Below are positions 58,731 through 64,000 of a stretch of DNA of 64,000 bases, one piece after another. Position 1 is the stretch's first letter. The number at the start of each line of letters is the position of its first letter. The notes beneath the pieces are model-generated. The model made no database searches. It had not been told where the DNA came from and saw only the letters and a program-made list of their open reading frames with translations. Source of the stretch: Antedon mediterranea (Eukaryota > Animalia > Echinodermata); contig NC_092674.1 in assembly GCF_964355755.1 (NCBI RefSeq), forward strand, positions 2,418,001 to 2,482,000, written 5' to 3'. Position numbers and translations under genes: made by a program.

Positions 58731-59972
58731 ATGGTACATCAAGTCAAATGCGTTTTTTTGTATTTGCTTTCAGTTTTGTTTACCACTACCATGGCGACTC
58801 AATCCACCTCAAGCTTTGAGAATCTCTCTGATTTAGCAAATTCCAGCAACGAATTCTCGTTGGATTTGTATAAAACGATTTTACCTACCGCCAAAGGTAA
58901 AAATATCTTCTTCTCGCCAGTAAGCATCACAACTGCGCTATCAATGACGTACATGGGTGCACGCGGAGAAACAGCCAATCAAATGCGAGACGTTTTGCAT
59001 TATAACGACATCGATGAGAACAAATTACACCAGTCTTTTTATGAATTGAATGGCCTGCTGTATGGAAGTGAGGAAGCTTATACCTTGAAGTCTGCAAACC
59101 GTTTGTTCACCCATCAAGGCTTCAGTATTCTTGAAGAATATCGCCAGCAAACAAAAGCTCATTATCTGTCCAAGTTGGAAACGCATAATTTCGTCGAAGA
59201 TGGGGCAGGGGCTGTAAACGCCATCAATTCATGGGTTGAAGGTGAAACCAATGGGAAAATTAAAGATTTGTTGAAGGAAATAGATCCATTAACAAGGTTA
59301 ATTCTAGTGAATGCTGTTTATTTCAAGGGGAATTGGTTAAATCAATTTGATATGGAAAATACACACAAAGGGGTTTTCCACGTTTCATCAAATGAGAAAG
59401 TTAACTGTGATTTAATGTTCCAAAAGCGGCACTTTAATATCACATATGATTCTGGTAATAAATGCTTGGTTCTCGATTTACCATATAAAGGCAATGATCT
59501 AAGCATGCTCATTGTGTTGCCTGATGATACCGATGGCTTAGCGCTTTTGGAAAGGAAATTATCGGCTTCTCTTCTGCAATCGTGGACGTCTACATTGCGC
59601 CACGACAAAGTTGAACTATATCTTCCAAAATTCAGTCTTACAGAGGAATTTCAACTAAATGATGTACTGATTAAGATGGGGATGGGTCATTTATTTGACG
59701 AAGTCAAGGCTGATTTGTCTGGTATCTCGACAGCAGATCAGTTACACGTGTCAGAAGTTTTGCATAAAGCGTTTGTTGACGTTAACGAGGAGGGTAGCGA
59801 AGCAGCAGCGGCCACATCTGTAAGATTGAGTACACGCTCTATTGAACGCAACACCCAGTTCAGGGCTGATCATCCATTCTTGTTTATCATACGTGATCGG
59901 CGTACCGAGATGGCGCTGTTTATGGGAAGAATGGCTAAACCTCAAAATACAAGCGACCATGATGAGCTGTAG
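58731..59972 (+). CDS. Inhibitory serpin with signal peptide and C-terminal HDEL (neuroserpin-like secretory-pathway serpin), intronless CDS
   Basis: NIFFSPVS, NAVYFKG, hinge EEGSEAAAAT, FRADHPFLF signature; P1-P1' = R-S; hydrophobic N-terminus; ends HDEL*. Confidence 0.95.
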   Translation: MVHQVKCVFLYLLSVLFTTTMATQSTSSFENLSDLANSSNEFSLDLYKTILPTAKGKNIFFSPVSITTALSMTYMGARGETANQMRDVLHYNDIDENKLHQSFYELNGLLYGSEEAYTLKSANRLFTHQGFSILEEYRQQTKAHYLSKLETHNFVEDGAGAVNAINSWVEGETNGKIKDLLKEIDPLTRLILVNAVYFKGNWLNQFDMENTHKGVFHVSSNEKVNCDLMFQKRHFNITYDSGNKCLVLDLPYKGNDLSMLIVLPDDTDGLALLERKLSASLLQSWTSTLRHDKVELYLPKFSLTEEFQLNDVLIKMGMGHLFDEVKADLSGISTADQLHVSEVLHKAFVDVNEEGSEAAAATSVRLSTRSIERNTQFRADHPFLFIIRDRRTEMALFMGRMAKPQNTSDHDEL

Positions 59973-60599
59973 ATCTATGAATGCTTTAAATATATCTAAA
60001 ATAAATATTAATACTTTGTTTCTTTTTTTTTAAAGAAAGTTGCTTAACACTAATTTTTTAGTCTAAAATCAATTAGAGTTAAATTATTTAATTGCCTGTA
60101 TAGTATATATCTTATTTTATTAGAAGAGAAAATACTGTAGTCATACATTCCAGTTTATACAGATTGCTTCTTTAAGATTCTTTAATTTTTATAATAATAT
60201 TAGAACAAAATATTGTATGTTAATAGTTGACTGATTTTGCATTCAAGTTAATGTATGAAATAAATACAATATTAATATAAATATTTGTAAATTATTTATA
60301 AATTTTGATGATTTATAGGATAAAATATTGTGCTACTAACATGATTATTTTTATGGACAATGCTACTACATTATGGAAAATATATAAATACAGTACTGTA
60401 TAAAAATGATTGCTTGTTTTTATTTAATTGTGTCTGTTGATTGATACTATAAATGCCCACCCATGTATTTTACAAGCTTATAAGTAAATACATTATAATA
60501 GTGAATAATACATAATTAATACATTTCCAGAAATTTTAATTTAACAAGTAAATTTGTTACTATTTCCTGACTGGATGAATCGGATGGATTTTGGTTTTT

Positions 60600-60830
60600 C
60601 TGATTTTTTCTTTTTGCCAATGATTGTTGGCGCTTTAAAAATGCAACGATTGATTGATTAAAACAAAGATCGATATATATATATCGACAAATATCGATCT
60701 TTTTTGATCGATAGAAATAAAAGGTCGGTCGTGTGAGTGCGCTGTTGATTAGTGGTGGTGGTATAAATGTTTTGCTGCTGGGGGCTAAGTTTTGTGACTA
60801 AATAAATTACTTTTACATTTTAAACTAAAG
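60600..60830 (+). promoter_or_regulatory. Putative ZC3H13 promoter and non-coding first exon
   Basis: CCAAT at about 60617, several ATCGAT (DRE-like) motifs at 60668-60712, consensus donor AAG|GTAAGT at 60830/60831. Confidence 0.55.
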
Positions 60831-61255
60831 GTAAGTATAATATATTGTGAATTACATTATACTCATTATTTATTGTGAAACTAAGCTAGCTAAAAGAGTG
60901 TGTACTGTTTATTCCGTTCATTGCTCGGACGGCTTACTATGCTCATGCTAGAGCCTAGGCCTAGAAGATAGAAAGAAGTTAGAGAAGCCTGTTGTCATTG
61001 CATGAATGGGCATGGGACAGGAGTCGTTTCGTCCCTGTTCCATAAATTTGTCTTTAACAACAGACTGAATAATCAAATAGGGTACATAATATTACGTAGG
61101 AATTGAAAACGTCATCGTTGTAATACACGACTATCCCTTATTCTCTTCATGCATTTTGTCAGAATCTGAGGTGGGGTGTGTATTTTAAAACGTGATTTTA
61201 AACCGGTATTTTATAATTTTATTTATTGTTTTGTAGGTCTAAGCAACATTTAACA

Positions 61256-61324
61256 ATGAGAGATAATTCAGAGTCACGCCGCCCTAGTGTTTTTGAACGA
61301 CTTGGTCCAGGGGCAAGCGGAGGG
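61256..61324 (+). CDS. ZC3H13: Zinc finger CCCH domain protein 13 (m6A writer complex adaptor), coding exon 1
   Basis: MRDNSESRRPSVFERLGPG matches the ZC3H13 N-terminal SRRPSVFERLGP motif; acceptor at 61236, GTATGT donor. Confidence 0.9.
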
Positions 61325-61459
61325 GTATGTTGTTTATTTTTTTAAATCATTTTAAATGAAATGACTACACTACTGTTTTTATTGTAGGCCTATATGCTAT
61401 GTTTATATAAACAATGATACAGGATGATACCGTATTAGTAACCATTTTACATTTTACAG

Positions 61460-61554
61460 CGTGATGGAGGTCGGCAGGATAAATGCCGAAACTGGTTAAG
61501 AGATGGGCATTGTGTTTTTGGATCAAAGTGTCATTTTTTGCACGGCCCTTACAG
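61460..61554 (+). CDS. ZC3H13: ZC3H13 coding exon 2 (CCCH finger)
   Basis: CRNWLRDGHCVFGSKCHFLHGP; phases consistent with neighbouring exons. Confidence 0.92.
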
Positions 61555-61655
61555 GTAGGTTCCCTTCTGTAAAAAGCGATGCAATACTATTTGTAATCAT
61601 CAAAAAATAAAAATGAATGTTTTCCATTTTTAAATTCTTTATATTTTGCCCATAG

Positions 61656-61758
61656 ATCTTCAGAAGCCGATTCCGGTGACCTTCGTTTAAGAGTTGAAAG
61701 CAAACGTTCTGAATTAAAAAAGCATGGCTATGATCGATCTAGATCACCTTCCACTAAA
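61656..61758 (+). CDS. ZC3H13: ZC3H13 coding exon 3
   Basis: SGDLRLRVESKR resembles the conserved TGDLRERMKNKR; AG/GT bounded. Confidence 0.88.
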
Positions 61759-62076
61759 GTAAGAATGCAATAAACCATGAAATAAATTATTACATTTATT
61801 GTTTAACTGAATTGCAAGAGGTTTTTCTTATTCTTTATTGCCAATCATAAAACAACAACAAACAAACTACTACAAAGTAAGTAGCAGGAAACACAAAAGG
61901 GAACTAAATCCCTATAACAAGAGTCTGTGAATCCTCTTACCAAGTAACACATTAAGATAAAAAATAGCATTTCAATATATATCAGAAAATATCCACACAA
62001 GAAATATTAAAAAACCATTCATGAAATTACAAAGGTTTTGTAGGAAATACTGAAGAATTTTGAAATTTATTTTCAG

Positions 62077-62227
62077 AGGGAAAAATCTAAAAGGAACAAA
62101 GATAAGGATCCAGATCGACGCAAGAAAAAGAAATCTAAAGATATGGGTTCGATGGTTGTAAAAGGGCTTCCAGTTAGTAGTGAGCATGATGAGGATGGAG
62201 CAGGCTGGGAAAGGTACCCACAACAAG
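62077..62227 (+). CDS. ZC3H13: ZC3H13 coding exon 4
   Basis: TTTCAG acceptor, K/R-rich frame, phase-1 GTATGT donor. Confidence 0.8.
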
Positions 62228-62693
62228 GTATGTCAACAGTACTGTACCTCTTGTAGTTGTAGACACAGGGCTAGAAAATCGCTTATTGAACTACTCACAA
62301 GGTGAGCAAACAAACAAGCAGCAAATTTGTTAATAAATTAATTAATTCTGCAGTTAAGTTGAATTTACAGAAATTGGCAGATCAAGTACATATGCTAGAC
62401 TAAACTATTATTACAACCAGCAAACATTAACTATTTTTGCAATTTGCTAGAAGTTTGTATTCCAATCCCTGACTGACACAAATATTATTTGTATACTATA
62501 TGTACAGTATTTAGCTAAATTCCATGATACAACCCAACATGTGATTCGTATGTGACTACTGTATCATTTAAGAAATATCACATACAACGCTGTAATGATG
62601 TAGCCTAAATGATTTCAATTCTATGATATGTGATACACATGAGCTATGTATTGCAGCATTTGCCTAAATACAGTACTTTGAAATTTGTTTCAG

Positions 62694-62818
62694 ATGACTG
62701 GATAGATCAAGAATCTGAGCATGAACGCGAGTTAGAAAGTCGAAGGCAAGAATTAAAACGTCAACTTGCGCAGATGGAAGAAATTGATAGTGAGAGAGAG
62801 CATATACAACCAGAAAAG
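62694..62818 (+). CDS. ZC3H13: ZC3H13 coding exon 5 (coiled coil)
   Basis: HERELESRRQELKRQLAQMEE resembles the conserved HELSLEMKRQKIQRELMKLEQ; AG/GT bounded. Confidence 0.85.
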
Positions 62819-63357
62819 GTAACCTCTAGTCACCTAAAGCTTGGTTCCCATTGCAACGCCAGCGAGTTGACCAATGACAAGCGACAGTTGGATCAAATCA
62901 CTTACGTGGGAATTGAACTACTGGGAATTGAACCGAGCATTCTGAATAATCATCCACTACAAGCCAATCAAATTACAGCAAATTAATGCTTTACTATCCA
63001 AAAAAGCCAATCAAATTTAGTGATCTACTGTGTTCACTAAACATTTTAATCCTTTCCCTAATGATTTCATGAATAATGGCCGTATTCACCAATCACACTT
63101 CAAGGATAAATTGGTCCTAAATACTAAGTATTTTCATAACGCACACATAGGTAACACATCATAATTATCACAACCATTTGTTTTTATTATTAACTTTTTA
63201 ATATTATTACCTTATTGTTTTTTAATGGCATCTGCTTAAAAGCTTTACTTATTTTGAGTTCCTTTTTCCTAACTTTTTAATGACATTGTTGTGCATATCC
63301 TTACTTTTATGGAATAAATTGATTTTAGATTGATAGATAATGATACCATTTTTGTAG

Positions 63358-63590
63358 TCTTCCAGTGAGAGTAGCTCATCATCAAGCTCAAGTAGCGATA
63401 GTGACAGCACCTCCAGTAGCAGCAGCAGTAGCAGTAGCAGCAGCAGTGAAGAAAGTCTGTCGCGATCTCCGTCACCTGTTAGTCGCAAAACAAAGAAAAA
63501 GAGACTGCTAAAACAGGGTAAACGTGATAAGGCTGCCACCGCGGAAGTAAAGCAGAAGCGTGGAAGATCTCGTGAAAAAAAGTATAAACC
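63358..63590 (+). CDS. ZC3H13: ZC3H13 coding exon 6 (Ser-rich)
   Basis: Poly-Ser tract then RSPSP and K-rich sequence; CC|GTAAGT donor. Confidence 0.82.
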
Positions 63591-63786
63591 GTAAGTTGAT
63601 ATTCCATTTCCTCATGTTTTAACAAATTTTAACGGTTATGGTATTTGTCCTTGAAAATATTATATATATTATTAAGTTGATGTAACGTTACGGCGAGTTT
63701 CGTTGAATTGACTGTTGAATTGACCGTTGAATTGACCGGATTCAAAAATGTTACAGGCAATAAGTAGCATTTCTTTTTATTTACAG

Positions 63787-63990
63787 TGTGAAGGATAAAA
63801 GAATTATTTCACCAGATCAGCCAAAAGGGAAACATAAAGGTCACATAAGTTCAAGTAAACAAGCGTCTTTAGGTCAAAAGTCAAAAGGTCATGATTTAGA
63901 TCAACCAAAGAAAATTAAACACAAAGAAAACAAGAAAAAAGTAGCAAAATTTGAAGGAAAATCAAAAGATTTAGAAAAGAAAAGAAAAAG
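63787..63990 (+). CDS. ZC3H13: ZC3H13 coding exon 7 (gene continues beyond the window)
   Basis: TTACAG acceptor with phase continuity, Lys-rich frame, AG|GTATGA donor. Confidence 0.8.
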
Positions 63991-64000
63991 GTATGAATAA

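Noticed and set aside
62630-62986. 118-aa ORF as a standalone gene
   Set aside because: Only 62694-62818 is a ZC3H13 exon; the rest is intron, including a MITE family C fragment.
63249-63539. Minus-strand poly-Leu and poly-Cys ORFs
   Set aside because: Reverse complement of the ZC3H13 poly-Ser exon.

Overview
AT-rich animal genomic DNA with GT-AG introns; a marine invertebrate, possibly an echinoderm, is my inference from gene and repeat content. Host genes: a 5-finger C2H2 zinc-finger gene (minus strand, large terminal coding exon 8.9-10.8 kb), FIS1 (4 coding exons, 41.3-45.7 kb), an intronless serpin with signal peptide and C-terminal HDEL (58.7-60.0 kb), and the 5' part of ZC3H13 (61.3 kb to window end). 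The 11-41 kb stretch is mostly repeats: an L2 LINE split by two nested TIR elements, further truncated LINEs, several MITE families, minisatellites and a Penelope-type minimal hammerhead ribozyme. The highlight is a very young 9.4-kb Ty3/Gypsy LTR retrotransposon (48732-58129; two apparently identical 585-bp LTRs, ATAA target duplication). It has a -1 gag-pol frameshift signal, an HHDD reverse-transcriptase motif and a frame break before the integrase. In the env position it carries an intact 291-aa extra ORF that reads as a BTB/SKP1-like domain fused to a C4HC3 (RING/PHD-type) zinc finger, preceded by its own TATA-like promoter. This ORF is a candidate transposon-encoded ubiquitin-ligase or chromatin effector. 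All calls are by eye; no database searches were run.
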